A DNA stretch of 64,000 nt from contig OZ244207.1 in assembly GCA_965216875.1 (NCBI GenBank), positions 7,744,001-7,808,000 on the forward strand. The letters run 5' to 3'. Made by a program: the position numbers and the translations under genes. Below are positions 9,242-18,727 of this stretch, one piece after another (the stretch's first letter is position 1; each line of letters begins with the position of its first letter). Source of the DNA: Rubripirellula sp. (lineage in GTDB: Bacteria; Planctomycetota; Planctomycetia; Pirellulales; Pirellulaceae). The notes beneath the pieces were generated by a model. The model saw nothing but the letters and a program-made list of their open reading frames with translations. It had not been told where the DNA came from and made no database searches.

Positions 9242-9599
9242 TCTTCAGTGATCTGCGACCTATTTGCAGGCCACGATGATCTGTCCAACGAGCAACCAAA
9301 CAGCGGTGAAGATGAGTCCAAGAGCAGTGTGGATCGCATCTGCGGTCATAGAGACGGGCCTTTGCATAGAAGTGGAACGGATGCACACGGCCCGTTCCTT
9401 GGCCCGATTTACCCGGAAAGTCTCACGCTCGGTGGCTTTCGAGGCAGCATTCAGAAAACGCGTCTATCCCGACGCTCTGTTGTCATCGACTAAATAAGTG
9501 ACCCCGCCTTGGAAGAAATTTCGGCTGACCGATAATTTCCCTAGTCCGTAAAGTTTCACACCCACGTTTCCTTCCTTGGATCCCCCAGACTGAGCTTCC

Positions 9600-10073
9600 A
9601 TGCCGATCAAATACTGGTTGATGAAGACCGAACCGACGACCTACTCGATTGAGGACCTGGAGAAGGAGTCGGACCAGACGACATGCTGGGAAGGCGTCCG
9701 CAACTACCAAGCTCGAAATTTGTTGCGTGATGAGATCAAACAGGGGGACCGAGTGCTCTTCTACCACTCGGCCTGCAAAGTACCGGCCGTGGTGGGAACG
9801 GCGGTCGTTTCGCGTGACGGTTATCCCGATAGCCATGCGTTTGACAAACGCAGCAAGTATTTCGATGCCAAGAGCAACCCGGACAAGCCAACCTGGTACA
9901 TGGTCGACGTGACGCTCGACACGAAGTTTGAGACGCCCGTGACGCTGGCGCAGCTAAGAGAAGAAAAGTCGCTCTCGGAGATGGTGCTGCTTCAAAAGGG
10001 GAGCCGGCTGAGCGTCCAACCAGTGAAGAAAAAGGAATTCGACCGCGTTTTGAAGCTAGCCGGCGCCAAGTAG
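9600..10073 (+). CDS. EVE domain-containing protein
   Basis: YWLMKTEP, WEGVRNYQARN, FYHS, RLSVQPV. Confidence 0.93.
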   Translation: MPIKYWLMKTEPTTYSIEDLEKESDQTTCWEGVRNYQARNLLRDEIKQGDRVLFYHSACKVPAVVGTAVVSRDGYPDSHAFDKRSKYFDAKSNPDKPTWYMVDVTLDTKFETPVTLAQLREEKSLSEMVLLQKGSRLSVQPVKKKEFDRVLKLAGAK

Positions 10074-10130
10074 CCGTTCGTAGAAAACGTAGGGTGTGTG
10101 CTTGCACGCACCTTATTCTCTCGTTTCTTT

Positions 10131-10209
10131 GTGAGCCGGACGCGCTAGCGTCGGGCCCTACACTCTTCTACCAATCTCTCAGGGCCCGACGCTAGCGCGT
10201 ACGGCTCAC
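10131..10209. repeat. Inverted REP doublet, family A
   Basis: 29-bp arms GTGAGCCGGACGCGCTAGCGTCGGGCCCT / AGGGCCCGACGCTAGCGCGTACGGCTCAC (1 mismatch), 21-bp spacer. Confidence 0.8.
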
Positions 10210-10353
10210 GGGGTGCGTCCGGGCCCTGTCCCTGGCTTGCGTCCTCGTTACCGAACCTGACGCCTCCGAATGTGTCGTAAAAGCGTGCAGAAAACAGATT
10301 CCGGTCGGGGTTTTACCAAACGGGATCGAGAGGCTACACTGTGCGGCTCACCA

Positions 10354-10437
10354 GCCGAAGTGGCGGAATTGGCAGACGCGCCGGATTCAAAATCCGGTGA
10401 GGGCAACCTCATGTGGGTTCGAGTCCCACCTTCGGTA
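10354..10437 (+). tRNA. tRNA-Leu(CAA)
   Basis: GCCGAAGTGGCGGAATTGGCAGACGCGCCGGATTCAAAATCCGGTGAGGGCAACCTCATGTGGGTTCGAGTCCCACCTTCGGTA; long variable arm. Confidence 0.95.
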
Positions 10438-10450
10438 CTTCTGGAAAAGA

Positions 10451-10488
10451 AAAGGACTCAGGGAATCAAATTCCCCGAGTCCTTTTTT
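10451..10488 (+). terminator. Intrinsic terminator after tRNA-Leu
   Basis: AAAGGACTC-AGGGAAT..ATTCCCC-GAGTCCTTTTTT. Confidence 0.75.
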
Positions 10489-10657
10489 CGTTTTTGTGAG
10501 CCGCGATCGCGTAGGCGGGCGGGCATTGTAATCCAGCCGGATCTGTGTCGCTGTCGCTCCTTGATCCGGCCTACGCTTGCTGCCCTTATGCGGCAAGTGG
10601 GAAGATTTCGGCTAAAGCTCGGTACTACGAACGGTTGTTCGTTGATTGAGGCGGGAG

Positions 10658-11314
10658 CTAAAGACCGAGGGTGACGGTGAGTTGTCCGTCTTTGATGGCG
10701 ACAGCTTTGAGGCTCGCTTTGGCGAGCTTGGACGTGGCGTCATCTCCTAACACGTAGATTGCGTTTTCGGCGAAGTATTGGTTCAACGCTTCTTCGCAGA
10801 CACGCTCGATCAGCGGTTCGATTTCGCTGGGGAGTTTTTCGAAGTGAATGCGCTGCGCCGATGCGTCCTGTCCATAAAAGGATGCGTTCGTCTCGTCGTA
10901 GCGGACTCCGATGCGTGTCACCACCTCGCCCCGAATCGTTTCGGGAGGAAGTGTCTGCGGTTTGCGAACATCAACGAGCGGCGGCGGACCTCCGGGCAAC
11001 GGCGGACGTGGAGCGCGGGGCAAGTTGTCTTCGATTCGTTCGGCGACTTCGTCCGCGGTGACCGCTTCAAGTTCAACCAACAGATCGAGTTGGATTCCCA
11101 TGCGATCGGTGCCATCACTCAACAGGACTTTGGCGTTCTGCAAAGTGACGGTTGCTGGGACTTCTTCCTCGACATAGTCGGTCAAGACGACGGGCATCCA
11201 GGCGTTGAGACCCGATTGAATCGCCTCCGAAGGAATCGTGACTTCAGTTGACCAGTCGCCGCTGCAACCGGCAGCGACGACAAGCGGAAGGATTAGAAAG
11301 GCTTTGCAATTCAT
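10658..11314 (-). CDS. Lipoprotein, DUF1439/YceB-like
   Basis: Lipobox VAAGC; pattern V.L.N.KV.L..., GVRYD, AIYVL...VAIKDGQLTVTL. Confidence 0.6.
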   Translation of the reverse strand: MNCKAFLILPLVVAAGCSGDWSTEVTIPSEAIQSGLNAWMPVVLTDYVEEEVPATVTLQNAKVLLSDGTDRMGIQLDLLVELEAVTADEVAERIEDNLPRAPRPPLPGGPPPLVDVRKPQTLPPETIRGEVVTRIGVRYDETNASFYGQDASAQRIHFEKLPSEIEPLIERVCEEALNQYFAENAIYVLGDDATSKLAKASLKAVAIKDGQLTVTLGL

Positions 11315-12816
11315 CGCAGGCTCGGCAATGCGGGAAGTGACGATTGCAATTCGGCAAGGGCGGAGGTCGCCAGTGGCTTGAGTCGCGGGTCGCCAGACGC
11401 AATCGCGGCGCGGAGAGCCTTGGCCGCTTCCAGGCCCTGTTTTGGATCGCGCGAGTTGAGCTTGGCCAGGGCGAAGGCAGAGACGAGCGAGAGTACCTTG
11501 TCGTCGTTTTCGCGGTTGGTTCGCAGATTCGACTGAACGGAGTCGCCATCGAGATCGAGCCGCACGGCAGCCAGCGTCGCTGCGTAGCGGACGCCATTTT
11601 CTTTCGCCAACATTTCACGCGTGATCACCGCATTGACCATTTCGCTCTTGGGTTTGATTTTGGCGAGTGTCAGCAGGATCTCTGTTTTGACGTCGGGACT
11701 CGAAGTGGCAAGCAGACTCGCGAGTTTGTCACCAGCCATCGCGGCATCGCTGCCAAACTCGGACAGTGCGACCACAGACCAATAACGTGCGCTGTTCGAA
11801 TCAAGTCCTCGGACCAGTGCCTGAAGGCCAGGTTGTTCCATGTCGACCAGATGGCTGATGATCTCGGACGCTTGGGCCGGCTTTGCGTCGAGCAGCGCTT
11901 CGCCGAGTAGCTGAGCTCGCGTTTCGAGCGATGCCTCGCTGCCCGCGACCGAGCGAATGATCGCCAGACTTTTCGTTTCGTCCTGTTGAAGCATTGCGGC
12001 GACAATCGCTTCGTGTGCCGTTGGATCAACCGACTTTGTCAGCGAAGAAGCGGCACCGGCGCGAACGGACAGTTGCGGATCGCTTTGCAGCAATCGCACA
12101 AGTGCCGTGTTCGCGTCTGCCCCCGATGCCGGCAGTGCTTTGGCAGCGGCCGCTCGCACAAGTCGGTCTTTATCTTGAAGAAGCTCGGTCAACCTCGGTG
12201 CAGCGTTAGGCGAATCGATCTTTCCAAGGACCTCGGCTGCCAAGGCGCGTGTTTGAGGGTTGGCATCTTGAAGTAACTGAAGCATCGCCGGTTCGGCTTG
12301 CCGTCCCGCTTGACTTAACGCGATTGCCGATTGACTTGCCATCGCGGGATCCTCCGACTGCAGCGTTGATGAGAGCTCTTCAATAAGGTCGCCAGTATTC
12401 TTTGAAGATTTGCCGTCTCGAAGGGACGCGGTCGCGGCCAGCAATCGCTCGAATGGGTTTTCACTTGAATTCAAAATGTTATCGATGGTTGAACGCAATT
12501 CGGAATCGAGTTCCGTGTCTTGCCCCAGCGAAATCAGGGCTCCCATTCGCTGGCCAGTATCGTCGCTTTGCAGGTTCGTCTGGAGCTCTTGAAGCAGCTG
12601 TTTTGGATCGAGCGTTCCGTTAGCGAACTGTGACAGAGGATCGCCGGCGGCTGTCTTTCGCGAGGATTCGTTGTTCGAATCGGTGGTTTGCTTTTCAATG
12701 GCCGGAGGCTTGCCAGGTAGTGGAGGAAACTTTTTGGGAAAGCCAGGTGGTTGTGCCATGGTGATGCCTGAAAGAGCGACAACGCTGCTTAGGAAGAAGG
12801 TGGATCGAAGGTTCAT
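11311..12816 (-). CDS. Secreted HEAT-repeat protein
   Basis: Signal peptide; repeated LL.D....VR..AA..L units. Confidence 0.85.
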   Translation of the reverse strand: MNLRSTFFLSSVVALSGITMAQPPGFPKKFPPLPGKPPAIEKQTTDSNNESSRKTAAGDPLSQFANGTLDPKQLLQELQTNLQSDDTGQRMGALISLGQDTELDSELRSTIDNILNSSENPFERLLAATASLRDGKSSKNTGDLIEELSSTLQSEDPAMASQSAIALSQAGRQAEPAMLQLLQDANPQTRALAAEVLGKIDSPNAAPRLTELLQDKDRLVRAAAAKALPASGADANTALVRLLQSDPQLSVRAGAASSLTKSVDPTAHEAIVAAMLQQDETKSLAIIRSVAGSEASLETRAQLLGEALLDAKPAQASEIISHLVDMEQPGLQALVRGLDSNSARYWSVVALSEFGSDAAMAGDKLASLLATSSPDVKTEILLTLAKIKPKSEMVNAVITREMLAKENGVRYAATLAAVRLDLDGDSVQSNLRTNRENDDKVLSLVSAFALAKLNSRDPKQGLEAAKALRAAIASGDPRLKPLATSALAELQSSLPALPSLR

Positions 12817-12884
12817 GGTTGCAAGATTGGGTGTGAGCGATGGTTGTTTTGGCGAGAGTCAGAACGGGGATCGATTGATCAAGA

Positions 12885-13502
12885 TCAAGATCCGACGGGC
12901 ATTCGCGCCTCGTACTGAAGGCTTGCCAGAAACTTGCGTGCGTAGATGAACTGGTCGGTGTTGGTGGTGCGGTAATTGCCGCTCAGCTGCTCTGACATTT
13001 TCGTGAGCGTTGATTGAATCGACGCGTAGTAGGTGGTGTTGATGCCTCCACCGGCCTTAGCGTGCGCGGCGAACAGTTTGTCGACTTGCTGACGCTGCTC
13101 CTGATACTCAGCATCCCGCAAGACAACGGGCCAATTGATGTAACCGCCGTAGGGTTCGTATTGCTGTGATGTCAGGCGATCGGGAAGCGAACGTTTTGTG
13201 GCCGCGGTGATTTGTGCGGACGTTCGGCGAGGCAGACGTTCGGCTTGGCGATAGTTGCGATTGAGTTGGCGTTTCTCGAAGTACGTACGGACATGCTTGA
13301 GTTGGTTGTCGTAGTTCATGCTTCGTGCCGTTTCGCGGTCAATCATTGCCATCGATGGTCGATTGCTGGCTTCGGATTGCGAGCGAATTGCCGACTCAAG
13401 ACTCGACGCAAGGTTGCGCAGTTCCTCGATCGGCGGCTGGGCAACCGCGAAGGTTGCCGAGCCAAGAAGAAGAGCAGCGAAGGTCGATATTCGGAGGTAC
13501 AC
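12885..13502 (-). CDS. Secreted hypothetical protein
   Basis: Signal peptide after the probable GTG at 13502; co-oriented with the HEAT gene. Confidence 0.7.
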   Translation of the reverse strand: MYLRISTFAALLLGSATFAVAQPPIEELRNLASSLESAIRSQSEASNRPSMAMIDRETARSMNYDNQLKHVRTYFEKRQLNRNYRQAERLPRRTSAQITAATKRSLPDRLTSQQYEPYGGYINWPVVLRDAEYQEQRQQVDKLFAAHAKAGGGINTTYYASIQSTLTKMSEQLSGNYRTTNTDQFIYARKFLASLQYEARMPVGS

Positions 13503-13625
13503 TGTGGTTCTCTCAGGACTCTGGTTCGTTTGAATTGACGTGACACTTATCAAATTCAGCCTGAGGGAGCTTTCTGGCGCGCGAGCCAAAAAAAGTTTCG
13601 AGATTCTGCTGAAACCCCGTCATTT

Positions 13626-14267
13626 ATGGACAAAACACGGCTCACCCTGATCCAGCGATTAGCCCTCGCCCATCAAGACGCTGGCTCGTCGGGCGTTGAT
13701 GCGGCGGCAACATCGGGTGACCAGCAATCGGCGTGGGTCGAGATTGATGCGATCTACCGGCCGCTGATTCGAGGATGGCTTAGCCGCTATCGGCTGCAGC
13801 CGAGTGATGTCGAGGACCTGTCTCAAGAGGTGTTGACGGTACTCCTCCGCCAGATCGGGAGTTTCGAGCACAACGGACGGGTGGGGGCATTTCGAAACTG
13901 GTTGCGAACGACAACGGTCAACGTCGCACGCAACACGCTACGACGTCGCAACATTCCTGTTGGCGCGGGCGGTTCCGAGTTTCAAGCGTCACTGGTTCAA
14001 CTCGAAGATCATGACAGTCATCTCTCGCGCGAATTCGATGCCGAGCACAGTCGCTATGTGGTTGCCTATCTACTGAACGAAGTCGAAAACGACTTCTCAC
14101 CGTCAACCATGCAGATCTTTCGAAAACACGTGCTCGAAGGTCAAGACATTGCCGAGACCGCAGCCAGTCTGGATGTTTCTCATGCTTCGGTGCATACTGC
14201 CAAGTCACGCGTGCTCAGAAAGCTTCGTCAGCGCGCCGGCGAGATGCTTGACGATCTGCCCAACTAA
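13626..14267 (+). CDS. ECF sigma factor (kinase-associated planctomycete type)
   Basis: TRLTLIQRL, DVEDLSQEV, FRNWL, region-4 HTH with AKSRV. Confidence 0.9.
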   Translation: MDKTRLTLIQRLALAHQDAGSSGVDAAATSGDQQSAWVEIDAIYRPLIRGWLSRYRLQPSDVEDLSQEVLTVLLRQIGSFEHNGRVGAFRNWLRTTTVNVARNTLRRRNIPVGAGGSEFQASLVQLEDHDSHLSREFDAEHSRYVVAYLLNEVENDFSPSTMQIFRKHVLEGQDIAETAASLDVSHASVHTAKSRVLRKLRQRAGEMLDDLPN

Positions 14268-14292
14268 GTTTGCCGCTTTGCACTCAAGATCG

Positions 14293-16086
14293 ATGACGTC
14301 ACCGTCTGAACACCCGACCGACGACGAGCTGCGGCAATACTTGGATGGTCGATTGAGCGAGGATCGATCGGCAGGAATCGATCTGCACCTACCCGAGTGC
14401 AGACAATGCACTGACTTTCTTGAGAGCATCGGCGATGCTGGTCAACCGTTCGTTGAACTCGTCCAATCGGCGTGGGCAATCAACGAATCATCCGTGCCTC
14501 AAAGTGAATCGCCGCTCAGCAGTGAACGTGAAACGTTGACCGTCGGGGTGGGTGGCTCAGAGGTTTCGGGATCGACGCAGCCGACCTCGATCGACAAGTA
14601 CGAGGTCATTGACGAGCTTGGTCGCGGTGGCATGGGGGTCGTTTACCGAGCTGTCGACGTCAAACTCAAACGCGAAGTCGCCCTTAAAGTGATCCTTGCT
14701 GGCGAACACTCGTCGGCGTCGATGCGAACCCGATTCCAACGCGAAGCCGAGACGATCGCGCGACTTCAACATCCAGGCATCGTTCAGATTTACGAAGTGG
14801 GACAAGCTGATTCACAGCCCTACCTGGCTCTGGAGTTGGTCCCCGGTGCTGCGCTTTGTGATTTGACTTTGCGGCAAGCCCAGCCCATCCGTTGGGCAGC
14901 AAAGATGGTCGTCCAGCTGGCACAGGCTGTCCATTTCGCTCACCAGCAATCGATCATTCACCGCGATTTGAAGCCGGGCAACATCTTGGTCGTGTTGGAT
15001 GATGAGGTGGCGGACGTTTCATCGGGAGTGACGAACCAATCCGACGACCATGTTCCGACGGCAAAGATCACTGACTTTGGATTGGCGAAACAGCTCGATA
15101 GCGACGACCAAATGACCAAGACCGGGCACACGCTCGGCACTCCGGCATACATGTCGCCCGAACAGGCGGCAGGAAACATCAGCGACATCGGACCGGCGGC
15201 TGACATCTACGCTCTTGGTGCGATCCTTTACGAGTTGCTGACGGGAAAGATCCCCATCGAAGGCCCTGATACCGTCAGCACCTTGATCGCTGTGATCGAA
15301 ACGGACCCTGATTCGCCTCGCGAACATCGGGATGAGATCCCGCGCGATCTCGAAACGATCTGCATGAAATGCTTGATGAAGGATCCCGAGGATCGCTATG
15401 AGACCGCGGCGGAACTCGCTCATGACTTGGAGCTGTTTCTCGCTGGTGAGCCGATCCTTGCGCGTCCGCCCGGGATGGTTCAGCGTCTGTACCGTTGGGC
15501 AAGGCATCATCCGCAGCTCGCGGTCTGCTACCTAGGGTGCAGCATTTGTTACGCGTTGCACTTGTTCGCAAAGTATGTTCTGGAATTGCCCTTCCATCGC
15601 GAAAGCTTTGGCAATTACGCGTTGATCATGGTGGTGTCGTGGGCTGTTTTGGTCACCCTCTGTGATGTGGTTTCACGTCGTTACGATCGCAAGGACTACA
15701 GCCAGTTTGCGATGATGGGGTTGACGATCTTGGCGTTGGCGTTTGCTTTTTCGTTTGATCAGGGGCCGCGAAGCGCGCCGGTGCCCATCTTGTTTGTTTT
15801 TATCGCGACGAGTGTTCTCGTTGTTCCGCGACCATCCATGATCTGGTTCATCACAGCGACAAGCATGTTGGCTTATGGCGGGATGGTCGTGTATGCCAAC
15901 ACCGTTTCTCGAGTGGGTGTTATCACGCTCGAGCAGGCGTTTGGTTTCCTGGGCTGCCTGATGCTCTCGGGAGTGTGTTCACACCTGATCTTGCGGCGAG
16001 CATCGAATCGAACGATTCGCGAAAACCAATGGAAATCGTTGCGTCCCTCATCCGCGGGGCGTCCGGGAAAAGGCAGTCACCGATAG
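14293..16086 (+). CDS. Ser/Thr protein kinase with N-terminal zinc-finger and C-terminal membrane domain
   Basis: HLPECRQC (HxxxCxxC), GRGGMG, VALK, HRDLKPGN, DFG, GTPAYMSPE; several C-terminal TM segments. Confidence 0.93.
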   Translation: MTSPSEHPTDDELRQYLDGRLSEDRSAGIDLHLPECRQCTDFLESIGDAGQPFVELVQSAWAINESSVPQSESPLSSERETLTVGVGGSEVSGSTQPTSIDKYEVIDELGRGGMGVVYRAVDVKLKREVALKVILAGEHSSASMRTRFQREAETIARLQHPGIVQIYEVGQADSQPYLALELVPGAALCDLTLRQAQPIRWAAKMVVQLAQAVHFAHQQSIIHRDLKPGNILVVLDDEVADVSSGVTNQSDDHVPTAKITDFGLAKQLDSDDQMTKTGHTLGTPAYMSPEQAAGNISDIGPAADIYALGAILYELLTGKIPIEGPDTVSTLIAVIETDPDSPREHRDEIPRDLETICMKCLMKDPEDRYETAAELAHDLELFLAGEPILARPPGMVQRLYRWARHHPQLAVCYLGCSICYALHLFAKYVLELPFHRESFGNYALIMVVSWAVLVTLCDVVSRRYDRKDYSQFAMMGLTILALAFAFSFDQGPRSAPVPILFVFIATSVLVVPRPSMIWFITATSMLAYGGMVVYANTVSRVGVITLEQAFGFLGCLMLSGVCSHLILRRASNRTIRENQWKSLRPSSAGRPGKGSHR

Positions 16087-16097
16087 AGGTGCCCCGG

Positions 16098-16535
16098 CTA
16101 CGAAAAGAGATGCCTCAAGTAGACCACGCTGTCTCGTACGTCGAACAGCAGCGATATCGAGAGGATCGTTGCGACGAGCATCGACCAACAGAAGTAGAGG
16201 CCAAAGGCGGGCTCACTAATCAAGTCGCCCAATAGCATCACCAAGCCAGGGCTCCAGCAAACGACGTGGCTGAGCGAAACGAACCCGCGGCGCATCGTGA
16301 ACAGATTGGCTGCTCCAAGGCCAAACACAATCACGTGGCTGACGAGAAAGCCGACCAATAGCCAACGCGGCGCGATGTGATCGCCGACGAAATAGAAGCC
16401 AGCCAAGACGCTCAGCACCAACATGGCCAACCAAGCGGCCAGTGCCGGCGGAAGCGATAGCCTCGCACGGTTGTCCCAAACCCACAGCGCTTTTGGGGGC
16501 TTGGTCGTGGACGGAGGATGGTTGGGTTGGTTCAT
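16098..16535 (-). CDS. Membrane hypothetical protein
   Basis: About 4 hydrophobic segments; last gene of the MoxR-DUF58 run. Confidence 0.65.
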   Translation of the reverse strand: MNQPNHPPSTTKPPKALWVWDNRARLSLPPALAAWLAMLVLSVLAGFYFVGDHIAPRWLLVGFLVSHVIVFGLGAANLFTMRRGFVSLSHVVCWSPGLVMLLGDLISEPAFGLYFCWSMLVATILSISLLFDVRDSVVYLRHLFS

Positions 16536-16641
16536 GTCTCTGCAGCGGACGCCTCGATACCTGATGGAGCAAGCAATCGCTCCATGAAATAGATTCACTT
16601 TGCAGCGAACGTCTGACACGAAAACCAGAGAAAACCGGTTA

Positions 16642-17529
16642 TTAGAAACGGCTTTGACGCTGTAGCAGGTACTCGGTCAACGCTTTGTCGAATGGCATGC
16701 TTGTGTCGAGAGGGACATAGTCGACTCGCAATTGGTTGCAGCCTTCGCGATATTTTTCGCGAAACTCTTCGACTTGCTGCAGGTAGTCGTCGCGAAAACC
16801 GCCCGCGTCGACGGTGACCGTTTCGCCCGTCTCGGCGTCTTCAAACTTGACCGGTCCCTCGTAGGGAAAGTTGACTTCGGCCTCATCCATGACATGAAAG
16901 ACGATCACGTCATTGCCGGCATGTCGCAAGCGGGCGAGCGCCGAGATGACTTCGTCAGGATCATTGAGCAGGTCTGAGAAGAGCATCACCAACGAGTGTT
17001 GCTTGAGCATCGCGGCAACTTGAGTCAAGCAGGCTGGTAGATCCGTTTCACCTTTGGGTTGGAGCCGCGAAAGCTGCGCCATCACGTCGCCGAGATGTCC
17101 GCGGCGGCTACGTGCGGGAAGCGCTGCGTGCACTTTCTCGTCAAAGGTGATCAAGCCAACGGGGTCTTGCTGCATCGTCATCAAGTACGTCAGCGATGCG
17201 GCGAGGCAGGTTGCGTATTCGAACTTGGTCATCGTCTGGCTTTCGGTGAAGCCCATTGATGCGGACAAGTCCATCAGCAAGTAGCCGGTGAGGTTGGTTT
17301 CCGCTTCGAAGCGTTTGACAAAATACTTGTCGGTTTTCGCGTAAACGAGCCAATCGATTAACTTTGGATCATCGCCTCGGTTGTATCGACGATGTTCGCT
17401 GAACTGGACCGAAAACCCTTGGAAGGGGCTCGAGTGCAGGCCCTGAAGGAAACCACGTACCACCATTCGCGCGCGCAAATCGAGACGCTTGATTTGCTGA
17501 AGCGATTCTGGTGACAGCAGCGCGCTCAC
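16642..17529 (-). CDS. DUF58 domain-containing protein
   Basis: [23 protein letters not shown]...IDW, DLSASM, FSDL. Confidence 0.92.
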   Translation of the reverse strand: MSALLSPESLQQIKRLDLRARMVVRGFLQGLHSSPFQGFSVQFSEHRRYNRGDDPKLIDWLVYAKTDKYFVKRFEAETNLTGYLLMDLSASMGFTESQTMTKFEYATCLAASLTYLMTMQQDPVGLITFDEKVHAALPARSRRGHLGDVMAQLSRLQPKGETDLPACLTQVAAMLKQHSLVMLFSDLLNDPDEVISALARLRHAGNDVIVFHVMDEAEVNFPYEGPVKFEDAETGETVTVDAGGFRDDYLQQVEEFREKYREGCNQLRVDYVPLDTSMPFDKALTEYLLQRQSRF

Positions 17530-18641
17530 GAATTCTTGACCAACTTGTCTGGCTCGGGTGGTTGGACATCTTCAAGCAAGCGAACGACAATCGCGTCGGT
17601 ATCCATGCCTTCGGCTTGCGCTTGAAAGTTCGTTGCGACACGATGGCGCAGGACAGGAATGGCGATACGCCGAATGTCCTGTGGATCAACGCTGAAGCGA
17701 CCGTCCATTGCCGCGAGGGCTTTGGCACCGGCGATCAAATTCTGGCCCGCACGTGGGCCGGCACCGTAATCGACAAGTTCCCGCACGTACTCTGGCGCGG
17801 TCTCGTCACCGGGACGTGTTGCGCGGACAAGTTGGGCGGCGTATCGAATCACAAACGGGTTGACGGCGACGCTCGAAACCAGCTTTTGCACATTCAAGAT
17901 CGCGCGGGCCGAAAGGACTTTGTTGACCGTCGCTTTCTCACCACGGGTCGTTGCGGTGAGAATCTTTTCTTCTTCGGCGGCGGTGGGGTAACCCACTTTG
18001 ATGTTGAACATGAAGCGGTCAAGTTGCGCTTCAGGCAACGGGTACGTTCCTTCTTGTTCGATCGGGTTTTGAGTCGCGATCGTAAAAAAGGGCGACGGCA
18101 GCGTGTAAGTGTCGCGGCCCACTGTGACCTGCCGCTCCTGCATCGCCTCAAGCAGTGCAGCCTGGGTTTTGGGAGGCGTTCGGTTGATTTCGTCAGCCAA
18201 CAGGATGTTGGTAAAGATCGGCCCTTCGGCAAACCGGAATTCCCGTTTTCCGCCCTCGCCTTCCTCCAAAACCTGTGTTCCAGTAATGTCCGAAGGCATC
18301 AAGTCCGGAGTAAACTGAATTCGTTTGAAAGAGACGTCAAGGATTTCGGCGAGGGTGCTGACCATCAACGTCTTGGCGAGGCCGGGAACACCTTCGAGCA
18401 AACAATGACCGCGAGTGAAAATGGCGGCCAATAATTGCTCGATCGTCTCGGATTGACCGACGATGACTTTGGCCAGCTCCGAACGCATGGTCTGCTGGTG
18501 GTCGGCAAATTCTCGCAAGACATCGCCGAGGTTTCGCGACGGTTGATTTCCAGGAGCGGGAACCTGCCCTGGCTGCTGGCCGCTGGGTTGTCCTGGCTGC
18601 GGGCCGCCGGGAGGTGGCGGTGGAGGAGGAGTGCTACTCAT
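17526..18641 (-). CDS. MoxR family AAA+ ATPase
   Basis: [51 protein letters not shown]. Confidence 0.95.
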   Translation of the reverse strand: MSSTPPPPPPPGGPQPGQPSGQQPGQVPAPGNQPSRNLGDVLREFADHQQTMRSELAKVIVGQSETIEQLLAAIFTRGHCLLEGVPGLAKTLMVSTLAEILDVSFKRIQFTPDLMPSDITGTQVLEEGEGGKREFRFAEGPIFTNILLADEINRTPPKTQAALLEAMQERQVTVGRDTYTLPSPFFTIATQNPIEQEGTYPLPEAQLDRFMFNIKVGYPTAAEEEKILTATTRGEKATVNKVLSARAILNVQKLVSSVAVNPFVIRYAAQLVRATRPGDETAPEYVRELVDYGAGPRAGQNLIAGAKALAAMDGRFSVDPQDIRRIAIPVLRHRVATNFQAQAEGMDTDAIVVRLLEDVQPPEPDKLVKNS

Positions 18642-18727
18642 GGTCGAGAAGAAACATTCCTTTGCGTATAAAACGTATGCGGCCAACGCCCTGGCCGATG
18701 ATCGGGTAGGGTGCGTTAACGAAGCGA

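Noticed and set aside
9248..9497. Short ORFs between the BshC-like and EVE genes
   Set aside because: No motifs, RBS or consistent frame support.
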